DNA of 64,000 bases from Octopus sinensis (GCF_006345805.1 NC_043000.1:82522001-82586000); one strand, 5' to 3'. Positions 1 through 13,905 are shown, counted from the first letter of the stretch. Program-made: numbers and translations. The notes: generated from the letters alone by a model not told the origin.

Positions 1-124
1 AGCACCATCCATTAAACAACAGCGGTAGAGACAAGTATATTAAGTAAATGCTCAAAAGTAAAGAGAATATCATCGTATAAGTGGAAGGTACATTCCTCCG
101 AAGTAAAACGATATTGACATTATT

Positions 125-340
125 CGTTTCAAATTTTGGCACAAAGCTAACGATATCGGGGGAGAAGGTAAGTCGATTACATTGACCCCAGTGCTCAATT
201 GGTACTAATTTTATCGACCCGGAAAAGAGGAAAGGCAAAGACGACGTCGTCCGAATTTGAACTGAAAACATGAAGACAGACGAAATGCCGCTAATCGTTA
301 AACCCGGAGTGCTTAACGCTTCTCCTAGCTCACCGCCTTG
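125..340 (-). mobile_element. tRNA-derived SINE, family B (GGCGGCGAGCTGGCAG head), diverged
   Basis: Reverse complement matches copies at 34219, 40652 and 48743 (body gcctttcatcctttcggggtcgataaattaagtacc). Confidence 0.8.
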
Positions 341-354
341 AGAGGGTTATGATA

Positions 355-525
355 TTCCTTTCTACTATAGGCCGTAAATTTTGGGGGAGGGGGCTAGTCT
401 ATTACATTGGCCCCAGTACGTGACTGGTACTTATTTCATCGACTCCGAAAGGATGAAAGGCAAAGTCGACCTCGGCAAAACTTTAACTCAGAACGGGCAT
501 TTTTCCCAGCGTTGCCACCTTCAGA
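355..525 (-). mobile_element. SINE family B, partial
   Basis: Contains ggtacttatttcatcgactccgaaaggatgaaaggcaaagtcgacctcggc, shared with other family B copies. Confidence 0.7.
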
Positions 526-872
526 GAATTATGATATTATTGACAATAAGCGTAGCCTGTTTTAGTTGTGTGACTTTTACATGCATCGCATTTTGAAGAT
601 TAAGCTTTTGCAGCTCAAACAAGAGATAACACCTAAACGTATGTTTAACAAAAGCAGACAATGTAGTCTTAGAACCGCCAATACTCGACACATATTCCAC
701 TAATCTTACACTGATGTGGAAGATATTATACGTATGATCTGTAAGTGACCTTATATTATCATTATGGTACCTCTTCAATGTGGTATGATGTTGTTACTAA
801 AACAGTGTACAATGGCCTCTGTTGGAAAGATCTCTGGAATAGAGAGAGAAAATATTTCTTATGTTAGGTCTT

Positions 873-925
<53 letters not shown>

Positions 926-1280
926 AGATGGATAGATACATAAATACATACGTACATACCTACACACACGCAGGTGTGCACACACATACACATACACTCA
1001 CACATGCACATGCACGCGCGCGGACACACACGCTCACACAAACACACATACACAAACACGCACGCACACATACATACACGCGTTTCAACCTAAGAAAGAT
1101 TGATGTTACCTTCTCGTCGAAAACTTTGACCAAATCCAAACATAACAGCCCTGATGTAGCTGCTTGAGTCAGAAAAGAAAGATTACATATCTTCTTAGAG
1201 GTCAACTCTCCTGCGGATGGCAATATTTCTTTCAAAATCTTTGAGAAGAAGGATATTTATGGACAACTGTAAACTGCTAC

Positions 1281-1715
1281 AGGTGCAGGTGCGGCTGTGT
1301 TGTAGGAAGGTTGCTTCCCAACCACATGGTTCTGGGGTTCAGTCCCACAGCGTGGCACCTTGGACAAGTGTCGTCTCCTAATGCGTCGGGCTGACCAAAG
1401 TCTTGTGGGTGGATTTGGTAGACAGAAACTGAAAGAATCCTGCCGTATATACATATGTGTGTGTGTTTGTGTGTGAGTGTGTGTGTGTGTATCTGTCTGT
1501 CTGTCTGTGTCTGTTTGTCCTCTAACACCCCTTGATAACCTATGTGGGCGTGTTTACGTCCCTATAATTTAGCGGTTCGAGAAAAAGCGACCGATAGAAT
1601 ATGTACGAGGCTTTAAAAAAGTACTGAAGTCGATTCATTTGACTAGATATTCTTCAAGGAGGTGCCCCAGTATGGCCACAGTGTGAAGCATGTAAGAAAT
1701 GAAAGCTGAAAGATA
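1281..1715 (+). mobile_element. tRNA-derived SINE, family A (CORE-like body, internal microsatellite)
   Basis: Head ggctgtgt..gtag, B-box-like gggttcagtccc, ggcaccttggacaagtgtc, internal (GT)n, tail ccagtatggccacag. About 15 copies in the window. Confidence 0.85.
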
Positions 1716-1787
1716 AACCTTACAGCTTCTCTATTTGAATTACAGAATAAACGTTATACCTGTAATTATTGATGCCTTTGGTTACTT

Positions 1788-2039
1788 TATCTTTTATCTT
1801 TTACTTGTTTCAGTCACTGAACTGCAGCCAAGCTGGAGCACCACCTTGAAGGGTCTAGTAAAACAAATCGACTCCAGGTCAATGCCTGGAATTGAAATCG
1901 GAATCTTGGGGTTAGTGACCCGTGCTCTTAACCACTACGCCAAATGCCCGTGGCGTAGTGGTTAAGAGCGCAGGCAACTAACCCCAATTTTTCGAGTTCG
2001 ATTCCAGGCAGTGACCTGAATAATAATAATAATAATAAT

Positions 2040-2074
<35 letters not shown>

Positions 2075-2205
2075 AATCGACCCCAGTACTTATTTTAAGC
2101 CTGATATTTGTTCTGTCGGTTCTTTTCTGCTGAACCACTAAGATATGTGGTCCTAAACAAACCAATACCAGCTGTAGTGGGGGACAAACACAACACAAGC
2201 AGAAA
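1788..2205 (-). mobile_element. SINE family A 3' half, interrupted by the palindromic tRNA-like insertion
   Basis: Family A tail at 1788-1877 resumes at about 2075 (aatcgaccccagtacttatt). Confidence 0.7.
1875..2074. mobile_element. Head-to-head inverted tRNA-like element with (AAT)n/(AAC)n tail and ~13-bp TSD
   Basis: Arms 1875-1942 and 1951-2018 are near reverse complements. A box TGGCGTAGTGG, B box GAGTTCGATTCC. Flanked by aaatcgac(t/c)ccag. Confidence 0.75.
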
Positions 2206-2211
2206 GACACA

Positions 2212-2362
2212 TATGTGTGGTAAGAAGCTTGCTTCCCAAGTACATAGCTTGGGGTTCAGTCCCGCTCCGTAGCACCTTGGGCAATTGTCTTCTATTAGAG
2301 CCTCGAGCCGACCAAAGACTTCTGAGTGGATTTGGAAGACGGAAACAGAAAGAAGCTCATCG

Positions 2363-2427
<65 letters not shown>

Positions 2428-2590
2428 TGTGTGTGTGTGTGTGTCGCTTAACAACCGATGTTGGTTTGTTTGCGTCCCCATAAACCAGCGGTTCGGCAGA
2501 AAGAAACCGATAGAATAAGTACGAGGCTTAAAAGAAAATAAGCGTTGGGGTCGATCCATTCATCTAGATATCCTTCTAGGCGATGCCTAC
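2212..2590 (+). mobile_element. SINE family A, 5'-truncated
   Basis: tgtgtggtaagaagcttgcttccc...caccttgggcaattgtctt...(GT)n...gcggttcggcag. Confidence 0.8.
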
Positions 2591-2622
2591 ACCCACACAC
2601 GCACACAATAGTTATCGTTACT

Positions 2623-2810
2623 GCAGAATCGTTACTGCATCAGACAAAATGCTTCAGGTTCTTTACGTTCTCAGCTCAAATTCTGCCGAAGTTAACGTTG
2701 TCTTTCAGCCTTACCGGGTCGATGAAATAAGTACCAGTCAAACCCTGCGATCAATGTCACCGATTTGCCCCCTCCTTTCAAAACTACTGACCCTGAGCCA
2801 AAATTATAAA
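2623..2810 (+). mobile_element. SINE family B, diverged
   Basis: gcagaatcgtt...ctcaaattctgccgaag...gggtcgatgaaataagtaccag. Confidence 0.6.
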
Positions 2811-3156
2811 TGATTATTTTTGTTATTATTATATCACTAGCTGACTACGTGACGTCAACAATGCCAGCTAATTGTAGTATTTTATACATAGTGTACAAAA
2901 TAAGGTACATAATAATCGCACATACAAACATTCACAGACTTCCCTTGTACACTCACAAACACACATATACACACAGAGTTGAAACGCTGATTTTTGTCAC
3001 CCCTTCCTTTCTCTCATTGCTATTACTTTCTCTCATTGCTATTACTTTCTCTCACTCCCTCTCAGTCAGAGCTATTACTCTCACTACTTCTCCTTCGCTG
3101 AATTACTATTTTCTCTCCTCCTCCGCATCTGGCGTGATTCTGGATAAATACATATA

Positions 3157-3543
3157 CTCTTTTACTTGTTTCAGTCATTTGACTGCGGCCATGCTGGAGC
3201 ACCGCCTTTAGTCGAGCCGGGACTTATTCTTTTTTGTAAGCCCAGTACTTATTCTATCGGTCTCTTTTGCCGAACCGCTAAGTGACGGGGACGTAAACAC
3301 AGCAGCATCGGTCGTCAAGCAATGCTAGGGGACAAACAGACACACAAACACACACACGCATATATATATACATATATACGACGGGCTTGTTTCAGTTTCC
3401 GTCTACCAAATCCACTCACAAGGCTTTGGTCGGCCCGAGGCTATAGTAGAAGACACTTGCCCAAGGTGCCACGCAGTGGGACTGAACCCGGAACCATGTG
3501 GTTGGTAGACAAGCTACTTACCACACAGCCACTCCTGCGCCTA
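3157..3543 (-). mobile_element. SINE family A, full-length, little diverged
   Basis: Near-identical to the copies at 15079-17711 and 53490-53883. Confidence 0.9.
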
Positions 3544-4129
3544 TACAAATATATACAAATATATAAAAACACTACTCTCATTATTATATTAGGAGACTGG
3601 GTGAGTGTTTCATGCGATGTACGTATGAGTAGAACCAGGAGGTTCGGTATAATTTATCAGCTGTTGTAAAATGTTAGATGTACTTAGACTTTTGTATTGA
3701 GTTCTGTAAGTATAGTAGTCCTTGTATATTTGTGCGAGTCTGTGTAAATGCATATGAATGTACGTGTGCAAATATATATGTATGTTTGTGTGTGTGTACA
3801 TATACAGTATATATATTTATATATGAATGTGTGTAATATATAAACATTTAAGTACACACACACACACACACATATATTTATACATACTCAACATATACAC
3901 ATAAACGTACATATATGTGTGTATGCATACACACACGCACATTTATATAGATGTGTGTGTATGCATATACACACGCACATTTATATAGATGTGTGTGTAT
4001 TGTGTATGTATACATATACGCACTTGCATTACTTGCATTAGTATAAGTATATGACTGCGTGTCACTCTACATGCATGTGTGCATACATAGGTATATGTGT
4101 GTGTTATGTATGAATGAATGTATGTATAT

Positions 4130-4174
<45 letters not shown>

Positions 4175-4294
4175 TGTTTGTGGCGTGTACGTGAGGGACG
4201 TCTGTGAATCAGATAGACTCAGCTGCAGAGAGCAATTAATTAGTCTACAGAGATTGGTAGCACGGGGAATAAACAGTCGATAGTTCTTCTTTCT

Positions 4295-4337
<43 letters not shown>

Positions 4338-4849
4338 ACTTTCTTACTCTCTGTTTACCTACCTTGCTTTCTGTTTATTTCTTTTTCTTTACTGTTCACT
4401 TTTACCCCTAAATATCTATCTTCCTGTTTGTTTGTCAGTGTTGTATAGGTCTGTCTGTCTGTCTGTCTGTCTCTATCTCTGTTTCCAATCTTTCATAAAC
4501 ACATACTCTATGTATACGTACAAACGAATATGTGTCTCCGCGCGAACGCGTGTGCTTTAAATTCAAGGTACTATTAGTTTCATGCTACGAAAACACGATG
4601 GTCGGGCAAGCTTTTATTGCACTGCATGTGTTTACAAGTAATATTTAAGACCCAAATATACAGCATGGCTGGTCTTTGAGAAGAAAAAAGAAAATCGAGA
4701 AACGGCGAGAGGAAGGTAAAAGAAAAAAGTAGAATGAGAAAAGATAAAAATAAAAATACATACGTACAGATAGTAACTTCGAAATTTCGATTATTTACTG
4801 TCACTATAAAGTAAATACAAAGTGTAGTGTACAGTACGTGTAAGTATAT

Positions 4850-5400
4850 AAAGTGTATGTAAGGCGTTGTTTCCCAAGCCATACAATTTTTTTTCTTGGT
4901 GGTGAAGGGCATGTTTTCTAAGGAGTAAATTTGAGGATTCGGCTAGAAACGTGTGTAGGGGGAAAAGGAAAAGTTTTAGGATAAAACGAGAGTAAGGGCA
5001 GAGAAGGAGAGGAAGAAAACAAGCGTTTGTATGATGAAAGTAGGGAGGTAAGTATGGCGAAAACATTCTCTGGTTATTACAGTAAAATGGCCTCATGGCA
5101 ATTACAAGTTGGTTATAATTGGTGTGAGAAACTAATATTTGTTAGATGCTATTGTTTGGTTTCATTCGAGCATGCTTATAAAAACAGGTGCTGAGAGTTA
5201 GATTTGTATAGGAGTAGAGGAACAGACAGATCCATAGACTTCTCGCATTAAGTGGCTGGTGTTGAAAGATTTGTTGAATCTAGTCAAAGTTTCTTCTTGG
5301 ACTGTTATATAATTTGTAAGGTGTTTGTTGTTGGTATTAGACTTTTGTTAAAGTTCATTCAAGCATGTATGTAGATAGATATAGGTGCCAGCGGTTAGAT
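4850..5400 (-). mobile_element. Possible highly degenerate Penelope-like endonuclease-region remnant
   Basis: PPYFHHTNACFL resembles the KPYRSGTNRCDL motif of the PLE at 17714. Otherwise weak. Confidence 0.3.
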
Positions 5401-5693
5401 TAGTATTTGTACATAAATCGAGGATAGGTCAGAGACAGATCCAATTTTCCTTCATCCCCTCCTCTAATTTTTCTGTCATTTATTTTTCCATACACCCAAT
5501 ATATGAAAAGTATATATAAAGGTTAGAAAACTTAAGTAACGAGCACAATGTTATGACGGCTGGTAAGTCACTGTTGAAATTTTCCTTGTAAGAATATAAT
5601 AAATGTGGTGCTCGAAGGTATTGAAATTATCCATCAATTTTATGTGTGACACTGTTATATACGACTATATATAGAAAGAAACACACACACACG

Positions 5694-6667
5694 TTACGTT
5701 GGCAACTAAGTTCCCGCCGTTCTTTTTTAATTTAAATTTTTTTTAAGGTTTAATAAAAAAAAATAACAACTAATTAATCAATAATGTATTCACCCAATAA
5801 TGCATCCTCCCAACGTTCAACGGGATTTTCAATACCTTGTTGGTAAAAATCACCCGATTTCGACTCGGAAAATTGATCCAACCAAGCTTTCAATTCTGCA
5901 TCAGTATTGAACGAAGCTCCGCGCATAGCATTTGAAAGAGATCGAAAGAGGTGGAAATCTGTTTGATTCCAAATCAGGAGAGTACGGCGGGTGTGGCAGA
6001 ACTTCCCAGCCATGCGTTTGAATGGCTTCCTTGGTCATATTGGTCATATTGAGGGATGGCGGTGACGAGCAAGCAAACCAGCGGAGATTGTGGCTCATTT
6101 ATTTTTGTTGTTGTCACTTAAAGCATGCGGAACCCATGCTCCGTACTTCTGAACCTTTCCCATTGAATAAAGATGCTTCTCTATAGTAGTGTGGGAGCAT
6201 TCTATTTTCTCTGCTAGTTCCCGTGTCGTTTGACGAGAATTTTCGTGCAAAAGTTGGTTTAATCGCTCTTCATCGAACTCAACTGGACGGCCAGAACTAC
6301 GTGCGTCTTTGAGGTTAAAATTTCCATTTTTTGACTTGGCATACCAATCACGAGCAGTTCTTTCAGCTATGACACCCTCTCCATACACAGCACAATTGTC
6401 ACGAGCAGCTTTTACGGCCTTAGAACCTTGATTAAAAGCAAAAAAGAAGGAGGTGTCGAAAATGCTCGTTTTTCTTAACTTGACATTCCATTTTAATGAT
6501 CTGAAAATAAACAAAAATTAACTAAAATCAACTAGAAAAAAAAAACAAAATAGATTCCAAAATGATTCAAAAATAGAATTCTCGAAAAAAAATAGATTCC
6601 AAAATTTGAATACGCAATAAATTCCAAAATTTAAAAAAAAAACGCGAGAATTTAGTTGCCAACCCAA
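5694..6667 (-). mobile_element. Mariner transposon, internally deleted (~975 bp)
   Basis: TIRs tt(ac/gg)gttggcaactaa(g/a)ttc at both ends. Transposase fragments include an N-terminal HTH (RSSGRPVEFD), WVPHAL and HPPYSPDL. The central catalytic segment is missing at about 6060. Confidence 0.9.
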
Positions 6668-7279
6668 TATATATATATATATTTAAACATTCTTCAATGC
6701 TAGTCAACAAGTCACAGTTCCCTAGGAAAGATGCATATATATGTGTGTGTGTGTATGTATGTATGTATATACATGTGTCCATGTGCGTATGTGTGTGTGT
6801 ACATGTGTATGTTTATGTATTTACATTCATATTTTTATGTATAAAAGGAAAAACGCGGTCATTTCACTACAGTTGTCAAATGGAAAGCACATTAGTTGTT
6901 TGTTAAGGCTACTACTGCATAAACCTTTATCTGGAGATTTTTAATAAGAAGAAAATACATAGCTTATATTTGAAAAAGTTGCATATTTTACTTTATTAGT
7001 GTTATAATCAAGTACAACTGTGAAAACACAAAAATAATGGGAAATTCGAACTGTATGAATTTGATTGACTAACATATGTATATACATATGTATATAACAT
7101 ATGTATGTATATACATATGTATATAACATGTATGTATATACACATGCATGTGTGTATGCATGTTTATATGTGTTTATATGCACACATACACACACATGCA
7201 TACATACACACACATACATACATACATACATACATACATACATACATACATACATACATACATACATACATACAAACAA

Positions 7280-7385
7280 ATAAAACACCCTGTTGTTAAT
7301 GTTGAAATTCCAATGGATCTAGGTTACAAACCGATTCTTTCTCTATTGGCCAGAAATCTTGAAATAAAACTGAACAATGACATAC
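7280..7385 (+). repeat. Short dispersed repeat embedded in (CATA)n
   Basis: A second copy lies in reverse orientation at 37700-37820, also flanked by (TATG)n. Confidence 0.7.
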
Positions 7386-7468
7386 ATGCATACATGCATA
7401 CATACATACACATATATACATACATGCATGCATACATACATACATGCATACATACATACATACATACA

Positions 7469-7502
<34 letters not shown>

Positions 7503-8169
7503 AATACATACATACATTCATATGTAAATATGTGTATGTATGTTGGTCCACGGTTTATATGGTTTCCTTTTACGACGTTTGGCATTATGTCAGAGTTTTT
7601 TTTTTTCACATTACGTATATAGAGGCACAAAATCGTCTTTCCTTTTCGGATTTTCATTTACATCTATTTTACTTCTGTTGTAATACTTTGTTATTTAGGT
7701 TTACCGAGCTTAAACGTAAAAAGTGAGAATAGTTTTACATATATTTGCTTTTAATATTTTCAAATGTCAAGAAAATCCTTCCACTGTAGAAATGATAATT
7801 GATTTACTTAATCATTTCCAAAATGGAAAAGCGTTCAGCAGGAAATTCGAAACGGTGTACGAAGCTACTGATCCAAGAATAAAAAACCATTAATAAATCA
7901 GACCCAGTATAATTATTGAACATTTAAAAAGTTTGCGCGCGCGTGTGTGTGCGCGCGCGTGTGTATGTGTGTGTGAGTGTATGTGTGTGCGTGCGTGTGT
8001 GTCAGACAAACAACATGTCAAGATCTTCATGAATACACATTTTTTCTAATCCGCTCACTCCTGATCATGGGATTTGTCTGCCTGAAAAATTTTAAAGTTT
8101 CCCTTTTCGCAATTTTAGAAGTCCTTCGTCTTCATTATTCGCTGTTTTACACAGGCACAGACATCCACG

Positions 8170-8218
<49 letters not shown>

Positions 8219-8309
8219 GCGCACGCACGCACGCATGCAAACACATGCATACACATGCACACGTACACGCATATAATATATATATATAATATATATGATA
8301 GATACACGC

Positions 8310-8465
8310 ATTTTTTTCTCTCCTTGTTTTTTTTCTGTGTATCTTTCTGTCGAAGAGCGTAAGCTCGAAACGTAAAAGACTTTTCTATTCCTGAGCGGTA
8401 TACTAATACATTTGTTTGTTTGTACTCCACGTGCTTTCGTTTTTTGTTTATTTTCGTAAACTTTC

Positions 8466-8470
<5 letters not shown>
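8310..8470 (+). mobile_element. Short dispersed PLE-type repeat with minimal hammerhead motif (8342-8379)
   Basis: tcttt CTGTCGA a gagc gtaa gctc GAAA cgT A aaaga. Related copies at 25070, 32170 and 36545; (TA)n flanks. Confidence 0.7.
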
Positions 8471-8544
<74 letters not shown>

Positions 8545-9258
8545 GAGGGAGAGAGGAATAGAACAAGACAAAAACTAAAAAAGACTTACCGGGAGACTAT
8601 CCCCTGCATACTGGTTAGAGTGTACACACACGCACAGACACACACGCACACATATACATGCATACATACACGCACACTGCGTTGGAGTGACAGAAAAGTA
8701 GTTTTTGTATGCAGGTTTCTTTATTTGACATGTGCCCTGTGTGGTGGGGGGCATGTGTGTGCATGTGTATGCATGTGTGTGTGTATGTGTGTATTTGTGT
8801 GTGTGCTCACGCGCGTGCGTTCGTGCGTGTGTGTGATTATGTGTATGCGTATGCGCTGTTCGAGGAAGGTGAGCGGTGAATTGAGACCCAAGTGGGTGGA
8901 TTGAAAGAAAAAATATAAATCGTTGCTCTCAGCGAAACCTAGAGTTTTCGGATTCATTCTGTAAATCGAAGTAAAATATAGTTAAATATGTCGAGTGGCC
9001 CACGGAGCGGAAATAGTTTATACAAACATTTAGGCGTGGGTGGAACTAACAGGAAATTATATACAGATATGGAGAAAAACAATGAGAAGAGAATATTAGA
9101 GAAGGATCAAAATTTTATAAAGCGAAAATGAACTCAATGCCAGAAATGAAATAATAGGTATCCCAGTTGTAAACTATAGTCTTAATGTAATAAATTGCAT
9201 CCATCAGCTCTAGTTCCTGAACTCTGTACAGAAAGCAACAATATGCTTGGATGCATAA

Positions 9259-9346
<88 letters not shown>

Positions 9347-9775
9347 CTAGATAGATAGATATAGATAGATAGATATCTTTCTATTATGGCCACACAGGGC
9401 TAAATACAGAAAATAGACGAAATACAATGAAGAGTTTTTCTTTTCAAGGTGGGATGGGTGGGACACACAAAGAAAAAGTTCGATCAATAGGGATTAAAAT
9501 CTTTGGGCTGCATAGTGTACAAAAAAAAGAAAGAAATATATAAAGTTCCCCCCCAAAAAAGGGGATCGATATTGTTCACAGTTTAGGTGTAGCCTTGGAG
9601 AGAAAAACCTATAAAAAAGACCAAGGTCACCTCAGACAGTTCAAAATGTATATAAGAGTAAGTACTTTTTCTCTCATTTTCTCTTTTTGTTATAGATTTA
9701 TGCTTAAAATGGTGTCGTCTTTCATACTTACCATTCTTGCCAGATAGACAGATAGATAGATAGATAGATAGATAG

Positions 9776-9846
<71 letters not shown>

Positions 9847-9995
9847 CAAACAGACAGACAGACAAACAGACAAACTGACAGACAGACAGATAGATAGATT
9901 ACTTGATTGAATGAGTGAGTGAGTGAGTGAGTGAATGAATGGTGAGTGATATGTAAGTATATAAGTAGATCGGGAGACAGGTAGATGGAGAGAGG

Positions 9996-10082
<87 letters not shown>
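9259..10082. repeat. (GATA)n/(GACA)n microsatellite cluster
   Basis: Three long GATA tracts are visible directly. Confidence 0.95.
9376..9741 (-). mobile_element. 3' end of a LINE (Tx1/L1-like), 5'-truncated, inside (GATA)n
   Basis: Minus strand reads ARMVSMKDDTILSINL*, then a 3' UTR ending tgtatttagccctgtgtggccataatagaaa, similar to the SINE-B tail. Confidence 0.5.
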
Positions 10083-10084
<2 letters not shown>

Positions 10085-10436
10085 GTAAATTAAAGAGTTT
10101 AGAAACAGAAAGAAAGGTAGTGGTAGCTATTTGAATCCACTCTCCTAAAGCCGATGGAGATGGAATATACCTGTACTGCGGTGGGGAAGGAATCTTCTAG
10201 AAACAGAAGAGTTTTAAAAAGTAATTACAATGGCTCTGCTTAAGTACTCAGAAGCAGATTGATTAGAACAGAAAAGCAACATGAAAAGATATTTTTTTTA
10301 AACTTCCCCTTCTCTCTCTCTCTCTCTCTATCCGTCTCTTTCTCTCTTTCCCTGTCTATAAGGAAACAATAAACTACAAACTAGAAGCTAATTACACTTG
10401 AGAAAAAACATCTAGAAAACGGCTACAACAACAATA

Positions 10437-10468
<32 letters not shown>

Positions 10469-10482
10469 TCAGACAGACAGAC

Positions 10483-10541
<59 letters not shown>

Positions 10542-11099
10542 CAGAACAGAAAATGGTAGAGAAAGAAATATATATAAAATCAAAGCAAAACTAAAAGCAA
10601 TTATGAAACAAAATGGGGGAAAGAATCTGGTCCAGTAAATATCCTGCGAGTCTGGAAAGACTCTCCGTCAGTCTCGGCGATGAGTATTTAATTGTTCAAC
10701 CACGAGTATTCCTACTCGAGAAATTAATGTGTAAAGGATTTAGTATTCCACGGATGTGTGTAGCATTAACCTAAATCTCAGGCTGAATTAACGCGAGACA
10801 ATTTGAATTGCTGGAACAATAAATAAAAAAGGAAAGAAATAGAAGAGAATCGACCCTAGTATTTTACTGATACGGGTATTTTATTGGTCCCGAAAGGTTA
10901 AAAGTCATAGTTAATGTCGGCAAGATTTGAATGCAGAATACAGACAGTCGAACCGAACCGTGTACGACGAGGCATTCAAACTGACTTTCTTATGATTTTT
11001 CTAATTCCCCACTGCCTTTCTGCGATACTAGACAGACAAGATGTGTAAAAATAAGGAAGTCAAGAATGGCTCAAAAAATTTGGACTAAATGCAACTACG

Positions 11100-12190
11100 G
11101 AATGTTACGTTTTAAATACACACTATCAATGTATCTTCACGATGTCTACTTACACTTTCCAGTTATTAATACTATTCAGAAGTCCGAGTTTTAGCTTTCC
11201 ACTATGCTCTAGGGTTTCCCATTTCACCTTCATTGTGGAAAACAACAGATTGCGACTTCATGATAATTATCATTGCATTTATGATGCGGCATCGTTGTTC
11301 AAGTGCACTGTTGGGAATACTCAAAATCGGTTTATGTCTCCGCGAATATTCAACAATGATTTGCATACTGTCAGAATGAGGTCATTTACTTCTAAGCCTT
11401 ATTATTGGTTCGTACACTCTTCTTTAATTTAGCAAACGTCTAGCTACGATATCTCGCCTGACCTTACTACTTTGGCATCGGTCCAGTCCGATCTATCTTT
11501 TCCACGTCTTTCTTATCACCTCTTCCATTTTCAGGTTAAAAACTCCAGCACCTTTATCAGTTTTTACTTACACTTAATTTCTTTTCAGCGAACACTATTG
11601 ACTGGCTTGCACAAACAATGGTGTCTACAGAATTTCGTTGCTTCACGTGGCTGCAGGCTATTGCTAGGATAAATTCCTCAACCAGTGATGTTAAAAGAAA
11701 CTGCAATTTTACAATAACCATAGAAACCCGTTCTCTTGAAGCAAATTGGGAGACCAACTCTCTTTTGTAGCAACTTGCTTGCATATTTTTTCGTTTCTTT
11801 CCACTCTTGCTAATGACATTTCATCGATTTATACTTCCCTGTCAAACCACAACTGTCAACGGTAGTTAGTCTCAATCTCCACATAATATCACTCTCAACA
11901 CCGTCACTGAAGAGGTACTCAGTAGATACAGCAAAAGTTCTTAATGATTTACTCCCTAAATGTTGATATTTGCTCATTTCTAATTTCGAAACGGAATTCC
12001 TTGTACTGCCCCCGTAATTATGAACTTTTCTCGGTTTTGTCTGGGAATCGACATTTCTGGTGTCGTTCTTCTAACTGGATTAAATTTTTCGCTTTGGCTT
12101 TGTTTCCACAATGATAATAAACTTTCAGAGTCCGAGAAAGACGGTTGTGCAATTTCTTGCTGAACAACATGCACAAGTGATTTGTTCATA
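11100..12190 (-). mobile_element. Possible degenerate Gypsy-type integrase remnant
   Basis: Scattered minus-strand peptides in the expected order: PRQNREKFIITGAVQG (cf. PWERIHIDFAGP), RTFAVSTEYLFSDG (cf. FGxPExIxSDNG), ARVER. Many stops and frameshifts. Confidence 0.35.
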
Positions 12191-12264
12191 ATGATCAAAT
12201 ATATCTACCGTACACTAGGTCCATCAAATCGACGTTGCCTGAACAGGTGCACAGCGCACTATTC

Positions 12265-12395
12265 GTCAGGTGTCGAAGTAATCGCAGAGCAACGTGAGAT
12301 GGAGTGTTATGCCCAAGAACCCCCTCCCCCGGTTCAGGAACTGAAACTACGATCTCGCCATCGTGATTGCAACACCCTAACCACAAAGCCTTCAC
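12265..12395 (-). mobile_element. tRNA-derived SINE family C, partial
   Basis: gagcaacgtgagatggagtgttatgcccaagaac...caacaccctaaccac, shared with 12645, 33840 and 49075. Confidence 0.6.
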
Positions 12396-12586
12396 TGTTT
12401 CTACAATACCATCCATGTAAACCTGAAGCAGTATCAGTGATATAATGCTCTTCCGATATTCATTCTATGCGAGTCACTACTTACATCTCCTATGTATATA
12501 AAAGAGGGACAAAATATTTCTACAGAGACGGCAACTACATACAAGCTCAGCACTATCAACATGAACCAACGAGGAAGCTTCTACAT

Positions 12587-13074
12587 CAGTGGTTCCCAAC
12601 CAGGCCCTTGTGGTAAAAAAAAAAGTGGACGTAAATTTATCTTCTCGAGTCATACATAAGGGCCAGATTCCTGGTTTCATGGCGTATATATTCCCCATCT
12701 GGACGGGACGTCGGTCCGTCGCATGATTAGTCCTTTTTGCCAGCTGAGCGAACTGGAGCAGCCTAGTCCAGGAATCGAAACCACAAACTTACGATCATCA
12801 GTCTAACACCCTAACCGCGAAGTCACGTACCCCCACATAACTTTGTGTATCCATATAAGATTCTGTTAAACTTTATGTTCAATAAATTGCTTACACTTCT
12901 ATCATATACAAAATATGTTAATTTCCTTTTTTACAATTCTTAATATTTTATTAATATTTTATTCAAAACATACGTAAGATTTTTATTTATAAACATCGAA
13001 TACATATGGAAGTCCAGTCGAATAAAATAGGAATCAAAGGGGTCCATAGGCAAAAGAATAGTCGAGAACCGCTG
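12587..13074. mobile_element. hAT (Charlie-like) MITE with nested SINE-C (about 12645-12835)
   Basis: TIRs cagtggttcccaac / gtcgagaaccgctg. 8-bp TSD ttctacat/ctctacat. Confidence 0.8.
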
Positions 13075-13285
13075 CTCTACATGGTCACTCAATTTTCTAG
13101 AAATAGCAGCCAAACAAATCTCAAATTACATCCTACCGTCTTAAGACAGACACTGAATAATATTATGTTTTATATCCAGCACATAGGTAAAACGTTAGTG
13201 TCGTGGCTGAAATGTTTTTGATCATAGGCCTGCATGACGAGTGCTGACCTCGAGCAAAATAATAGCAACAATCTCTGACGTCATT

Positions 13286-13330
<45 letters not shown>

Positions 13331-13483
13331 TTCTCCTCCTCCTCCGCCTCCTTCTTCTTCAGCTTCTTCCTCCCCTCCTCACAATTCTCCTTCTACTTCC
13401 GCTCCCAACCACTTCAGAACATATCTATATATAGAAAGAGAAAGAGATATATAGATATTATTGAAAATAGTCGAACATATATG

Positions 13484-13558
<75 letters not shown>

Positions 13559-13567
13559 TATATATAA

Positions 13568-13905
13568 TTAGTATGCTTTTAAACACTGAAGAGGTGGCCC
13601 TAACAGGTCACCTAACATGCTAGAAGGAGCAGTCAAAATCCAAACCACGGTTAGGGGTAATTTCGAAGGGAATGAAAAATAAAAACATTTACCATATTTT
13701 ATTATCGGACCATGGTTTCGAACTTTAGTTAGCAAAAATAATAATTTGCTAGGCGAAATTCTCATCAGCGAGTACGCCAAAGATTAACATATAATTATGA
13801 GGCCAAACAGCACATGTCTCATCAACCGCAGTTTTTGTCGGCAGCATGCTAGGCCACAGGTAGAAAAATTTCTATAATTTTCCTACCATATATATTTTCC
13901 CTTAG
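13568..13905. mobile_element. PLE-type non-coding repeat between (TA)n tracts
   Basis: Carries atgctagaaggagcagtcaaa, a motif also seen in the 56145 and 59452 elements. (TA)n on both sides. Confidence 0.45.

Noticed and set aside
1951-2018. Functional tRNA gene
   Set aside because: Acceptor stem is not properly formed and the sequence is part of an inverted insertion with a TSD. Treated as a tRNA-derived repeat.
4195-4285. Unique non-repetitive islands (also 10620-10820 and 28780-28960) as candidate enhancers or exons
   Set aside because: No evidence available from sequence alone; would need cross-species conservation or chromatin data.
13790-13830. TTGATGAG...CTC hammerhead-like start on the minus strand
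   Set aside because: No GAAA and no closing stem I.
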